Shown in pieces: positions 18,448 through 27,886 of a DNA stretch of 28,815 bases; position 1 is the stretch's first letter; the number at the start of each line of letters is the position of its first letter. The stretch is from Candidatus Sumerlaeia bacterium (lineage in GTDB: Bacteria > Sumerlaeota > Sumerlaeia > SLMS01). The stretch spans positions 1 through 28,815 of the forward strand of contig JBBQYG010000037.1 of NCBI GenBank assembly GCA_038208905.1, read 5' to 3'. The notes beneath the pieces were generated by a model. That model worked only from the letters and a program-made list of their open reading frames with translations. It did no database searches and was not told the DNA's origin. The position numbers and the translations under genes are program-made.

Positions 18448-18669
18448 ATGGCAAAGGAAAAAGGCATCGAAGTCGAGGGAGTGGTAACGGAAAAGCTCCC
18501 GAACGCCATGTTTCGCGTCGAGTTGCAGAACGGCCTGGAAGTCATGGCCCACATATCGGGAAAGATGAGAATGCACTTCATTCGCATCCTTCCCGGCGAC
18601 AAGGTGACGGTTGAACTCTCCCCCTACGACCTGACAAAGGGGCGGATAACATACCGCAACAAGAATTGA
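18448..18669 (+). CDS. infA: Translation initiation factor IF-1
   Basis: [36 protein letters not shown]. Confidence 0.99.
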   Translation: MAKEKGIEVEGVVTEKLPNAMFRVELQNGLEVMAHISGKMRMHFIRILPGDKVTVELSPYDLTKGRITYRNKN

Positions 18670-18760
18670 CCCACCCCGGTGAGTCACCCGCAGCAAGCCC
18701 GGTTGGCGGCCCCGCCGCCCCCCGCGTGAGGAAGAGAAAGCCGAAAGAAGGACGACTGAC

Positions 18761-18874
18761 ATGAAGGTTCGCGCCTCCGTAAAGAAAATCTGCAACAAGT
18801 GCCGCGTGATCCGCCGCAAGGGCGTCATCCGCGTGATTTGCGAAAACCCCCGCCATAAGCAGCGCCAAGGCTAA
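18761..18874 (+). CDS. rpmJ: 50S ribosomal protein L36 (Zn-ribbon, C+ type); not in ORF track
   Basis: Read directly: [37 protein letters not shown]. Confidence 0.98.
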   Translation: MKVRASVKKICNKCRVIRRKGVIRVICENPRHKQRQG

Positions 18875-18891
18875 GAGAAGGAGTATTCCCC

Positions 18892-19266
18892 GTGGCTCGT
18901 ATTGCCGGTATCGATCTTCCCCGCGAAAAGAAAATCGCCTATGCCCTGCCGTATCTGTTCGGCATTGGCCCCACCACGGCCCGCCGCATCCTGACCGCCG
19001 CGCGGGTGAACTTCGACACGCGCACCAAGGACCTTACGGACGACGAGGTGACGCGTATCTCGCAGATCGTCGCCAACGAGTACAAGGTCGAGGGTGACCT
19101 GCGCCGCGAAATCGGCCAGAACATCAAGCGCCTGATGGACATCGGATGCTATCGCGGCATTCGTCACCGCAAGGGCCTGCCGATGCGTGGCCAGCGCACC
19201 CGTACAAACGCCCGCACCCGCAAGGGCGCCAAGAAGACCGTCGGCGCCAAGAAGGCCGCGAAGTAA
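18892..19266 (+). CDS. rpsM: 30S ribosomal protein S13
   Basis: GTG start; [35 protein letters not shown]. Confidence 0.99.
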   Translation: MARIAGIDLPREKKIAYALPYLFGIGPTTARRILTAARVNFDTRTKDLTDDEVTRISQIVANEYKVEGDLRREIGQNIKRLMDIGCYRGIRHRKGLPMRGQRTRTNARTRKGAKKTVGAKKAAK

Positions 19267-19305
19267 CCCCCGCCAGACCGCACCACCTCAAGGAGTCCCG
19301 CCAGC

Positions 19306-19710
19306 ATGGCAAAGAAGCCTGCCGCCGCATCGAAGGCCCCCGCGAAGAAGAAAGCCCGCAAGAACATCGCCCATGCGGTGGTCCACGTGCACGCGACCTT
19401 CAACAACACGATCGTTACCTTCTCGGACCGCGCCGGGAATACCCTGAGCTGGGCGTCCGCAGGGTCGTCGGGCTTCAAGGGCTCGCGCAAGTCCACCCCC
19501 TTCGCCGCGGGCCAGGCAGCCGACAAGGCCGCCGCCGGCGCGCGCGACCACGGCGTCCAGTCCGTTGACGTGTTCGTGAAGGGCCCCGGCCCGGGCCGCG
19601 AGAGCGCCATCCGCGCCCTCCAGTCCGCCGGTATCAAGATCGCGCTCATCCGCGATGTCACCCCGCTTCCCCACAACGGCTGCCGCCCGCCCAAGCGCCG
19701 CCGCGTCTGA
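19306..19710 (+). CDS. rpsK: 30S ribosomal protein S11
   Basis: [38 protein letters not shown]. Confidence 0.99.
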   Translation: MAKKPAAASKAPAKKKARKNIAHAVVHVHATFNNTIVTFSDRAGNTLSWASAGSSGFKGSRKSTPFAAGQAADKAAAGARDHGVQSVDVFVKGPGPGRESAIRALQSAGIKIALIRDVTPLPHNGCRPPKRRRV

Positions 19711-19735
19711 CCGAACTTTCAGGAGGATTTCCCCA

Positions 19736-20368
19736 GTGGCTCGTTACATAGGCCCAACCAGCAGGCTCGAGCGCCGTCTCGGCAAGAAGCTTCACCTCAA
19801 GGGTGAGCGCGACATCAATGGCAAGTCCGCCCTTGAGCGCCGCAACTTCCCCCCGGGGCAGCACGGTCAGCGCCGCACCAAGCTGTCCACCTACGGCGTC
19901 CAGCTTCGCGAGAAGCAGACTCTCAAGATCATCTACGGCGTTCTCGAGCGCCAGTTCCGCAAGTACTATGCGACCGCCGTCCGCTACAAGGGCGTCACGG
20001 GCACGGTGCTTCTCCAGCTTCTGGAGTCGCGGCTGGACAACCTGGTGTACCGCGCCGGCTTTGCCGCCACGCGCCGCCAGGCCCGCCAGCTCGTCCGCCA
20101 CAAGCATGTGCTCGTCAACGGCAAGGGGATCAACATTCCCTCCGCCAACGTCAAGCCCGGCTCTGTCCTCTCGCTGACCGAGAAGGCCAAGGCTCTGCGC
20201 GTGGTCGAGGATGCTCTCTCGATGATCGAGCGCCGCGCCGCCCGCAAGGGCTTCGTCGAGTTCAACGCCGACACCAAGGAGGCCAAGTACCTCCATGTCC
20301 CGTCGCGCGAGGACCTCGACGATATCGACGTGCGCGAGCAGATGGTCATCGAACTGTACTCGCGCTAA
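19736..20368 (+). CDS. rpsD: 30S ribosomal protein S4 (Zn-free type)
   Basis: GTG 19736 after AGGAGG; ARYIGP, PPGQHG, QLREKQ, LESRLDN.VYR.GF, IELYSR. Confidence 0.98.
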   Translation: MARYIGPTSRLERRLGKKLHLKGERDINGKSALERRNFPPGQHGQRRTKLSTYGVQLREKQTLKIIYGVLERQFRKYYATAVRYKGVTGTVLLQLLESRLDNLVYRAGFAATRRQARQLVRHKHVLVNGKGINIPSANVKPGSVLSLTEKAKALRVVEDALSMIERRAARKGFVEFNADTKEAKYLHVPSREDLDDIDVREQMVIELYSR

Positions 20369-20456
20369 TTAGCCGTTGTGGAACCGGTCCTGCCTCTCCC
20401 TCGCGGAGCGGCGTGGCTCGACACCTTCCCAATTCTTTCAGGAGCCTCTCCTATCC

Positions 20457-21485
20457 ATGGAGCTTGAACTCAAACCGCTGATTCGCCCAACCCGCCTGGT
20501 TCCCGATGGCGTGACGCTGTCGGATACGTTCGGCCGCTTCACCGCCGAGCCCTTCGAGCGCGGCTTCGGCAACACGATCGGCAACTCGCTGCGCCGCATT
20601 CTGCTGTCCTCCATCCAGGGGGCCGCCGCCACCAGCGTCCGCTTCGAGGGAATCCGCCATGAGTTCAGCGGCATCCCGGGCGCCAAGGAAGACGTCAACG
20701 ACGTCGTCCTGAACCTGAAGCAGGTCGTCTTCAAGATGGACGGCGTGCATGGCAAGGCGACCATCTTCCTGGACAAGAAGGGTCCCGGCCTTGTTCGCGC
20801 CGGCGACTTCGAAATCCCCGACCACGTTCAGATCCTCAACCCCGAGCAGCCCGTCTGCACGCTCTCCGAGACCGGCCACCTCCGCATGGAAGTGCTCGTC
20901 GCCCAGGGCCGCGGCTACCAGCCCGCGATCTATGGCGTGATGGAGGACGAGGACGATATCGGCATCATCCCGATCGACGCCGTGTTCTCTCCCGTCCGCC
21001 AGGTTTCCTACAAGGTTTCCGACGCGCGCGTGGGCCAGAGCATGGACTACGACCGCCTCCAGATCGAAGTCTCCACCAATGGCGCCGTCCGTCCCGAGGA
21101 AGCCGTCAGCTACGCCGCCAAGATCCTCCGCGATCACCTCGACCTGTTCATCCGCGCCGGGGACCACGACACGGTTTCCGTTTCCGGTGGCGATTCCGAA
21201 GGCGGGATCGGCATTGGCAAGGACGAGGATCAGGTTCAGGGCCTCCTCAACCGTTCCATCGAGGAACTGGAGCTTTCCGTCCGCTCCTTCAACTGCCTGG
21301 AAGCCGCCCAGATCAAGACCATCCGCGACCTCGTCCAGAAGTCCGAGAGCGAGATGCTCAAGTATCGCAACTTCGGCCGCAAGTCGCTCTCCGAAATCAA
21401 GGCGATCCTCAAGGAAATGGGCCTTGGATTCAACATGAAGCTCGACGACCGCGGGAATCCCATTCCCGCCGGCGACGAGAAGTAA
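20457..21485 (+). CDS. rpoA: DNA-directed RNA polymerase subunit alpha
   Basis: ATG 20457; [49 protein letters not shown]. Confidence 0.99.
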   Translation: MELELKPLIRPTRLVPDGVTLSDTFGRFTAEPFERGFGNTIGNSLRRILLSSIQGAAATSVRFEGIRHEFSGIPGAKEDVNDVVLNLKQVVFKMDGVHGKATIFLDKKGPGLVRAGDFEIPDHVQILNPEQPVCTLSETGHLRMEVLVAQGRGYQPAIYGVMEDEDDIGIIPIDAVFSPVRQVSYKVSDARVGQSMDYDRLQIEVSTNGAVRPEEAVSYAAKILRDHLDLFIRAGDHDTVSVSGGDSEGGIGIGKDEDQVQGLLNRSIEELELSVRSFNCLEAAQIKTIRDLVQKSESEMLKYRNFGRKSLSEIKAILKEMGLGFNMKLDDRGNPIPAGDEK

Positions 21486-21542
21486 GTAGCCGCACCGAGC
21501 CACCCTCGACGCCGTACCAGCCCCCATACCGAGCAACCGCAC

Positions 21543-21986
21543 GTGAGACACAGAAAGCATAAAACCAAGCTGAACCGGTCCCTTGGCCACCGCACGGCCA
21601 CCTTGCGCAATCTTGCCAGGGCCCTTATCCTCCAGACGAACGAGGACAGGGAAAACCCCGTCAACCTCGAGCGCATCGAGACGGGCGCGGTGAAGGCCAA
21701 GGTCCTTCAGCCCTTCGTCGAAAACCTGATCACGCTCGGCAAGAAGGGGACGCTGCACCACCGTCGCCAAGCCTTCGCCAAGCTCCAGGACAAGGAAGCC
21801 GTCCACCGCATTTTCGAGGTGCTGGCTCCGCGCTACAAGGATCGCCAGGGTGGCTACACCCGGGTCATCCGCACGCGCCGCCGCATGGGCGATGGCTGCG
21901 AGATGGCCTACATCGAGTTCGTTGACCGCCCCGAGGTTCCCGCGGGAACCCCCGCCGCCCCGGCCGCCGCCGCCGCCGCGGGCTGA
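21543..21986 (+). CDS. rplQ: 50S ribosomal protein L17 (internal insertion and Ala-rich tail)
   Basis: GTG start; MRHR...KL.R...HR.A, LIT.GK, R.GGYTR.I, R.GD..EMA.IE.V. Confidence 0.97.
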   Translation: MRHRKHKTKLNRSLGHRTATLRNLARALILQTNEDRENPVNLERIETGAVKAKVLQPFVENLITLGKKGTLHHRRQAFAKLQDKEAVHRIFEVLAPRYKDRQGGYTRVIRTRRRMGDGCEMAYIEFVDRPEVPAGTPAAPAAAAAAG

Positions 21987-22018
21987 CCCCACCCTGTATC
22001 CTACCCCGTAGAACACAC

Positions 22019-22074
22019 AGGAGAGCGCCTTGCCCACCGGAAACCGGAGGCAGGGCGCTCTCCTTCTTTTTTTT
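22019..22074 (+). terminator. Intrinsic terminator ending the alpha operon
   Basis: 16-bp stem aggagagcgccttgcc (22019-22034)/ggcagggcgctctcct (22049-22064), followed by tc and T8. Confidence 0.88.
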
Positions 22075-22117
22075 CGGTTTGACGACCGGACCCGCCACCC
22101 CTCCCTTGGGAACTGCC

Positions 22118-23875
22118 ATGTCACGAGCCATCACGGAATTGTCCAACCCGCTCACGCGGAGTATCGACGCCGTCGATCCCACCGGGATCCTGCGCCTGCT
22201 GCGGCAGTCCGACGCCCAGTTGTTCGCCGGGTGGGAGACCTTTCCCTCGCTGATGGACGAAGATGTGCTCGAATCGCTGGCGCGCGCCGCCTGGCGGATG
22301 GCGCGCCTGCTTCGCGCGCCTGATTCCATCGTGGTCATGGCCGGCGCCGGAACGAGCGGACGCCTCGCCTATCTGCTCTGCCTCGAGTTCAACCGCATCC
22401 TCAAGGAGCGCCGCCTTCCCGAAGTCTTCCGCCCCCTCATGGCCGGCGGGGAAGCCGCCCTGATCATGGCCCAGGAGGCCGCGGAGGACAGCGCCACCGC
22501 CGCCCAGCGCGATATCAAGGACGCCGTTCACGATTCCATCCGCCAAGGGATGTATATCGGAATCACCTGCGGGCTCTCCGCGCCCTACGTCGCGGCCCAG
22601 CTTGAAATGATGGGCGGCAACAGCCGCTTCGAGTCTGTCCTCGTCGGCTTCAATCCCGCCTACATGGCCCGCGCCACCAGCACCGAGGGTTGGGACAAGA
22701 CGGTGAAGGAGATCGTGGATCGCGCGCTGGAGAGCGAGCGCTTCACACTCATTAATCCCGTCTATGGCCCCGAACCCATTACCGGCTCCACGCGCATGAA
22801 GGGCGGCAGCGCCACCAAGATCGCCCTGGAGACCGTCTTTGCCACGGCCCTCTGGATCGTCGAGAACGAGACCGGGCCGGAGTCGGCTCGCGTCGAGCTA
22901 TCGGGTGAGAACCTCCTTCCGCTCCGCCGCCAGGTTGCCGGGCAGCTGCGGCGCTATCGGCAGGCGGTGGAGGCCGCCTATGGAAACATCCCCGCCCTCG
23001 CGGAACTTGTCCGCCTCGCCGGCACGGCGCTGCGTTCCAGCGGCCGCATCCACTATCTGGGGCGCGGCGTCGCGGGGCTCCTTGGCATCATCGACGCCTC
23101 CGAATGCCCGCCGACTTTCGGCTCCGACCTCTATGACGTGCGCGGCTATCTGCGCGAAGGGTGGGAGATGCTGGGCTACTCGCCCGCGGCCATGCGCGCG
23201 CGCGGCCGCGCCTACGAGATCGACCTCGAATACTTCGCTCAAAGCGTGCTCCCCGATGTCACCAAGGGAGACCTCGTGATCGCCGTCGCCGTTGGCATGC
23301 CGGGAGAGATGACGCTGCGCCTGCTCAACGAAGCCGCCCAGGCCAAGGCGCGGACGGCGTTGCTGCTGATCGCGACGGAGCCGCCGAAGCCCGGCGTGCT
23401 TCCCGACTCCATCGGCCACCGCTGCGTCGTGATCGTGCCGTCGCTGGGCTTCGCGCCCGGCGTCAACAACGAGGCCGAACTGGCACTGAAGATCTGCCTC
23501 AACGCCACCACCACCGGCGCGCACATCATGGCGGGAAAGATCTATGAAAACATCATGATCGACCTGCGGATTTCCAACTCCAAGCTCCACGCGCGCGCCA
23601 TCGGGCTGATCGCGCGGCTGCTCACGATCCCCGAGGCCCAGGCCAGCCGCGCGCTGCACTACGCGATCTTCAAGAGCCTCCCCGACGATGCCGAGCTGGC
23701 CGACGCCAGCGTCGCCGTCGCCGTCCAGCGCGCCGTCACCCGCTCCCGCATCGTACCCCTGGCGATGCTGTTAGCCACCGGCAAATTCACCTACGACGAA
23801 GCCGAGGAACGCCTCGCCTCCGAACCCCGCGTCCGCCGCATCGTCGAGGACATCCTCGGGCAGACGCAGGCGTAG
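22118..23875 (+). CDS. Glucokinase regulatory protein (GKRP)-like double-SIS protein; probable N-acetylmuramate-6-phosphate etherase (MurQ family)
   Basis: 585 aa. Motifs TE.SNP, GAGTSGR, AGG...EAAED, GITCGLSAPYV, GPE.ITGSTRMKGGSATKI, DASECPPTFG, GKIYENIMIDLRISNSKL. About twice the length of MurQ. Confidence 0.88.
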   Translation: MSRAITELSNPLTRSIDAVDPTGILRLLRQSDAQLFAGWETFPSLMDEDVLESLARAAWRMARLLRAPDSIVVMAGAGTSGRLAYLLCLEFNRILKERRLPEVFRPLMAGGEAALIMAQEAAEDSATAAQRDIKDAVHDSIRQGMYIGITCGLSAPYVAAQLEMMGGNSRFESVLVGFNPAYMARATSTEGWDKTVKEIVDRALESERFTLINPVYGPEPITGSTRMKGGSATKIALETVFATALWIVENETGPESARVELSGENLLPLRRQVAGQLRRYRQAVEAAYGNIPALAELVRLAGTALRSSGRIHYLGRGVAGLLGIIDASECPPTFGSDLYDVRGYLREGWEMLGYSPAAMRARGRAYEIDLEYFAQSVLPDVTKGDLVIAVAVGMPGEMTLRLLNEAAQAKARTALLLIATEPPKPGVLPDSIGHRCVVIVPSLGFAPGVNNEAELALKICLNATTTGAHIMAGKIYENIMIDLRISNSKLHARAIGLIARLLTIPEAQASRALHYAIFKSLPDDAELADASVAVAVQRAVTRSRIVPLAMLLATGKFTYDEAEERLASEPRVRRIVEDILGQTQA

Positions 23876-24060
23876 GGGGAGAGGAAAGGCGGGAACGGCG
23901 GAGAAAACGGGAAAGACGGAAACGGCGCTCCCTCAACCAGCTTCTGCCTACCCTGTTCCCGCCGTTCCCGCTGTTCCCGCCTTTCCCGTTGTTCCCGCTG
24001 TTCCCGCCTTTTCCCGTTGTTCCCGCTGTTCCCGCCTTTCCCGCCGTTCCCCCTCCCCCT
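23876..24060. repeat. Inverted pair of 9-bp tandem repeat arrays (purine arm then pyrimidine arm)
   Basis: 23885-23927: aaaggcggg/aacggcgga/gaaaacggg/aaagacgga/aacggcg. 23958-24048: about 10 x CCCGYYKTT (cccgccgtt, cccgctgtt, cccgccttt, cccgttgtt...). Confidence 0.85.
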
Positions 24061-24078
24061 TTGTCACCCAATTGTCAC
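24061..24078 (+). promoter_or_regulatory. Putative Pho box (PhoB-type direct repeat)
   Basis: TTGTCAC-ccaa-TTGTCAC with 11-bp period, resembling CTGTCAT-N4-CTGTCAY, about 120 bp upstream of pstS. Confidence 0.7.
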
Positions 24079-24195
24079 ACTAGACAACTGATTTCATTCG
24101 ACTTTGGATTCCGGGTTGACGGCTTGAAAGGGTCTGATGCCTGTTTCGGCGCGGCGGGGAAATGGTGCCCGCCAAACTCATGGATGGGGTACGTC

Positions 24196-25203
24196 ATGAT
24201 GATCGTTCGGGGATTCGTTGGGATCATGGTCGGCGCTGCGCTGCTCGTCGGCTGCGGCGGAAGCGGCGAATCCACGGAGGGCGGTAGCGAGCTTTCGGGA
24301 ACCATCCGCATCGACGGCTCCAGCACCGTATATCCAATCACCGAGGCCGTGGCCGAGGAATTCGGCAAGACGCAGCCGCGGATCCGCGTGACAGTGGCGC
24401 GGTCGGGGACCGGTGGCGGCTTCAAGAAGTTCGACACCGGCGAGACCGACATGAACAACGCCTCCCGCCCGATCACCCCGGCGGAGGCCGCCACCGCCAG
24501 GAGCAACGGCATCGATTTCATCGAGCTTCCCATCGCCTACGATGGGCTCTCGATCCTCGTGAACCCCAAGAACGATTTCGTGGCCCACATGACCGTGGAG
24601 GAGCTTCGCAAGACTTGGGAGCCCAACAGCACGGTGAAGAAGTGGAGCGACATCCGCGCGGGCTGGCCCGACCGGGAAGTGAAGCTCTATGGCCCTGGCC
24701 CCGATTCGGGGACCTTCGACTATTTCACGGAGGCAATCGTCGGCAAGGCGCGTTCCTGCCGCGCCGACTACACGGCGAGCGAGGACGACAACACGCTGGT
24801 GATGGGAATCGCCGGCGACATCAACGCGCTCGGATTTTTCGGCTTCGCGTACTACGAGGCCAACATCGACAAGCTCAAGCTCGTCCCCGTGGATGGAGGA
24901 AAGGGCCCCGTTCTCCCGTCGCCCGCGACAATCATGGACGGCACCTACTCGCCGCTGTCGCGCCCGGTCTTCATCTACCTCACGCGCGCGTCCGCGGATC
25001 GCCCGGAGGTTCGCGCCTTCGTGGAGTTCTACATGAACAACGCCGGCGAGCTGTCGCGCGAGGTCGGCTACATCGCGCTTCCCGAAAAGGGCTACGAGCT
25101 AGCCAAGGCGCGCTTTGCCGCGAACAGGACAGGTTCCGTCTTCGAGGGGAAGGAACACACCGTAGGCATCACGATCGAGGAACTTCTGGCGGCGGAGAAC
25201 TGA
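24196..25203 (+). CDS. pstS: Phosphate ABC transporter substrate-binding lipoprotein PstS
   Basis: Lipobox [40 protein letters not shown]. Confidence 0.95.
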   Translation: MMIVRGFVGIMVGAALLVGCGGSGESTEGGSELSGTIRIDGSSTVYPITEAVAEEFGKTQPRIRVTVARSGTGGGFKKFDTGETDMNNASRPITPAEAATARSNGIDFIELPIAYDGLSILVNPKNDFVAHMTVEELRKTWEPNSTVKKWSDIRAGWPDREVKLYGPGPDSGTFDYFTEAIVGKARSCRADYTASEDDNTLVMGIAGDINALGFFGFAYYEANIDKLKLVPVDGGKGPVLPSPATIMDGTYSPLSRPVFIYLTRASADRPEVRAFVEFYMNNAGELSREVGYIALPEKGYELAKARFAANRTGSVFEGKEHTVGITIEELLAAEN

Positions 25204-25206
25204 CCG

Positions 25207-26136
25207 TTGGCCGAGTTGAACACCGCAAGAATCAGGGAGCACCTCCGCAGGCAGGGCGGTGACGGCCCGATGGGAAAGCTGATCATCGGCTTTCTGGTGG
25301 CCTCCGCGTTCCTCTCGGTCTTCACCACCTTCGGCATCATCGTGGTGCTGGTGCGCGAATCGATTCCGTTCTTCAGCACCATCCCGCTCGACGAGTTCCT
25401 CTTCGGCACCAAGTGGTTTCCGCTCGCCGCGCAGCCGTCCTTCGGCGTCCTCCCTCTCGTCGCCGGCACCGCCCACATCGTGATCGGCTCCGCGTTCATC
25501 GGCCTCCCGCTGGGACTTGGCTCCGCGATCTACCTGAGCGAATACGCGTCGCCGCGGATGCGCTCGATCCTCAAGCCGTTTTTGGAGCTGCTCGCCGGGA
25601 TTCCCACCGTCGTGTACGGATTCTTCGCGCTTACGTTCGTCACGCCGCTGCTGCGCAACGTGTTCCCGTCGATCCAGGTCTTCAACTCGCTCAGCGCGGC
25701 CATCGTCGTCGGCATCATGATCCTGCCCACGGTGGCGTCGCTGTGCGAGGATGCGTTGCGCGCGGTGCCTCGCCAATTGCGCGATGGCGGATACGCCCTC
25801 GGCGCCACGAAGTACGAGGTCACTTCCAGCATCGTCGTGCCCGGCGCGCTCTCCGGCATCATGGCCTCGTTCATCCTCGCCATCTCGCGCGCCATCGGCG
25901 AAACGATGGCCGTCACGCTCGCCGCCGGCGGCACGGCCAACCTCTCCTTCAACATGCTCGATGGCGTCCAGACGATGACGGCCTTCATCGTCTCCGTCAG
26001 CCTTGGCGACACGCCGCGCGGAACCATCGGCTACCAGACGATCTTTGCCGTCGCCTTGCTGCTCTTTGTCATCACGCTCGGGCTCAACCTGCTCTCCAAC
26101 AGGATCCTCAAGCGCTATCGGGAAAGCTACGAGTGA
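25207..26136 (+). CDS. pstC: Phosphate ABC transporter permease PstC
   Basis: TTG start (alternative ATG 25270); YLSEYA, ELLAGIPTVVYG, SRAIGETMAV. Confidence 0.95.
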   Translation: MAELNTARIREHLRRQGGDGPMGKLIIGFLVASAFLSVFTTFGIIVVLVRESIPFFSTIPLDEFLFGTKWFPLAAQPSFGVLPLVAGTAHIVIGSAFIGLPLGLGSAIYLSEYASPRMRSILKPFLELLAGIPTVVYGFFALTFVTPLLRNVFPSIQVFNSLSAAIVVGIMILPTVASLCEDALRAVPRQLRDGGYALGATKYEVTSSIVVPGALSGIMASFILAISRAIGETMAVTLAAGGTANLSFNMLDGVQTMTAFIVSVSLGDTPRGTIGYQTIFAVALLLFVITLGLNLLSNRILKRYRESYE

Positions 26137-27026
26137 CGCCCGGCCCGCCCACCAACTCGATCCTCATGTCGACGGGAAACCTTGCGCGGCGTCGCCTGGC
26201 GGGCCGTTGCTTCTCGTTCCTCGTGGCGGGCTGCGCCTACTGCACGATCGCCATTCTCGCGGTGCTGATCATCCAGATCCTGGGGAAGGGATTCCCACTG
26301 CTTACGTGGGACTTCATCAGCAGCTTCCCCTCGCGCAAGGCCGAGGACGCCGGCATCAAGGCCGCGCTCTGGGGGACGTTCTGGCTGATGTCGCTGACGA
26401 TGGCGATCGCCACGCCGGTGGGAATCGCGGCGGCGATTTATCTGGAGGAGTTTGCGCGAAAGGGAAAGCTGAGCACCTTCATCGAGGTGAACATTTCCAA
26501 CCTCGCGGGTGTTCCCTCGATCATCTACGGCATCCTCGGGCTGGCGCTGTTCGTCCGCGCGTTCCAACTCGACCGCAGCCTGATCGCCGGAGCGTTGACG
26601 ATGGCGCTGTTGATTCTCCCCGTCGTCATCATCTCCGCGCGAGAGGCGATTCGCTCCGTGCCCTCTTCGCTGAGGGAGGCATCCTTTGGCCTGGGCGCGA
26701 CACGCTGGCAAACCACATGGAACGTGGTGCTGCCCTCGGCGTTTCCCGGCATCATGACGGGGCTCATTCTTTCCACGTCGCGCGCCATCGGCGAAACCGC
26801 GCCGCTGATCATGATCGGCGCGTTGACCTACATCGCTTTCACGCCGCGGGGCCCGATGGACGCATATACAGCGATGCCGATCCAGGTTTACGATTGGGCC
26901 TCTCGTCCCCAGCCAGAGTTCCAGGTCAACGCCGCCGCGGGCATCGTGGTGTTGATGGCGATCCTCCTGATGCTTAACGGTGTGGCGATCTGGCTGCGCC
27001 ACCGCAGCAGCAAGAAGGCCCACTGA
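26133..27026 (+). CDS. pstA: Phosphate ABC transporter permease PstA
   Basis: GTG overlapping pstC stop (alternative ATG 26166); [26 protein letters not shown]. Confidence 0.95.
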   Translation: MTPGPPTNSILMSTGNLARRRLAGRCFSFLVAGCAYCTIAILAVLIIQILGKGFPLLTWDFISSFPSRKAEDAGIKAALWGTFWLMSLTMAIATPVGIAAAIYLEEFARKGKLSTFIEVNISNLAGVPSIIYGILGLALFVRAFQLDRSLIAGALTMALLILPVVIISAREAIRSVPSSLREASFGLGATRWQTTWNVVLPSAFPGIMTGLILSTSRAIGETAPLIMIGALTYIAFTPRGPMDAYTAMPIQVYDWASRPQPEFQVNAAAGIVVLMAILLMLNGVAIWLRHRSSKKAH

Positions 27027-27820
27027 TGGCGGATCAGCGCGCGACCCCGCCGCCCGAGGACGAAGTCCTCGCCATGCGCAACTGCACGATCCGCTATGGA
27101 AGCCACGTGGCCGTGCGCGATCTCAGCCTCTCCTTCGCGCGGCACCGCGTCACCGCCATCATCGGTCCCTCGGGTTGCGGGAAAAGCACGCTCCTCCGCG
27201 CGCTCAACCGCATGAACGACAGCATCGCCTCCATGCGGCTGGAGGGACGCGTGGAGTATCACGGAGAGGATATCTACGGCCCGGGCATCGACCCCGCGGA
27301 AGTCCGCCGCCGCATCGGCATGGTCTTCCAGAAGCCCAACCCGTTTCCCAAGTCGATCCGCGAAAACGTCCTCTGGGGCCCCAAGCGCAACGGCATGCTG
27401 AAGGGAAAGAACGCCGCCGCCATCGCCGACCTGTTGGAGAGCAGCCTCCAGCGCGCCGGCCTCTGGGAGGAGGTCAAGGACCGCCTCGGCGCCTCGGCCC
27501 TCGCGCTCTCCGGCGGACAGCGCCAGCGCCTCTGCATCGCCCGCGCCCTCGCCAACGATCCCGAGGTCTTCCTCATGGACGAGCCCTGCTCCGCCCTCGA
27601 CCCCATCGCCACCTCCCGCATCGAAGACCTCATCAAGGAACTCGAGCGCACCTACACCATCGTCATCGTCACCCACAACCTCCAGCAGGCCTCCCGCGTG
27701 TCGGACTACACCGCATTCATGCTCAACGGCGAACTGGTGGAATACGGCGAGACAAAGGGGATCTTCACCAACCCGGCGAAGGAAAAGACGGAGGAGTATG
27801 TTTCGGGAAGGTTTGGGTGA
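27026..27820 (+). CDS. pstB: Phosphate ABC transporter ATP-binding protein PstB
   Basis: [52 protein letters not shown]. Confidence 0.98.
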   Translation: MADQRATPPPEDEVLAMRNCTIRYGSHVAVRDLSLSFARHRVTAIIGPSGCGKSTLLRALNRMNDSIASMRLEGRVEYHGEDIYGPGIDPAEVRRRIGMVFQKPNPFPKSIRENVLWGPKRNGMLKGKNAAAIADLLESSLQRAGLWEEVKDRLGASALALSGGQRQRLCIARALANDPEVFLMDEPCSALDPIATSRIEDLIKELERTYTIVIVTHNLQQASRVSDYTAFMLNGELVEYGETKGIFTNPAKEKTEEYVSGRFG

Positions 27821-27886
27821 GGGGTGCGGCGCTGAGGCGGATCTTTTTCGATGGACCTGACCGGTTGAACCGGGCCAGAAGCCCTG

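Noticed and set aside
4177-22124. Many long minus-strand ORFs (e.g. 4177-5577, 9096-10331, 13522-14715, 15617-17008, 20451-22124)
   Set aside because: They are antisense shadows of highly codon-biased, high-GC genes, with no recognisable motifs and near-complete overlap with conserved + strand genes.
22118-23875. Annotating the SIS protein simply as murQ, or as eukaryotic contamination
   Set aside because: It is twice MurQ length with GKRP-like segments, and it is intronless, similar in GC/codon style to its neighbours and embedded among bacterial genes.
23989-24195. Extended N-terminus of PstS in the ORF track (MFPLFPPFPVVPAV...)
   Set aside because: It is a translation of the 9-bp repeat array and would overlap the Pho box; the signal peptide and lipobox point to a start near 24196.
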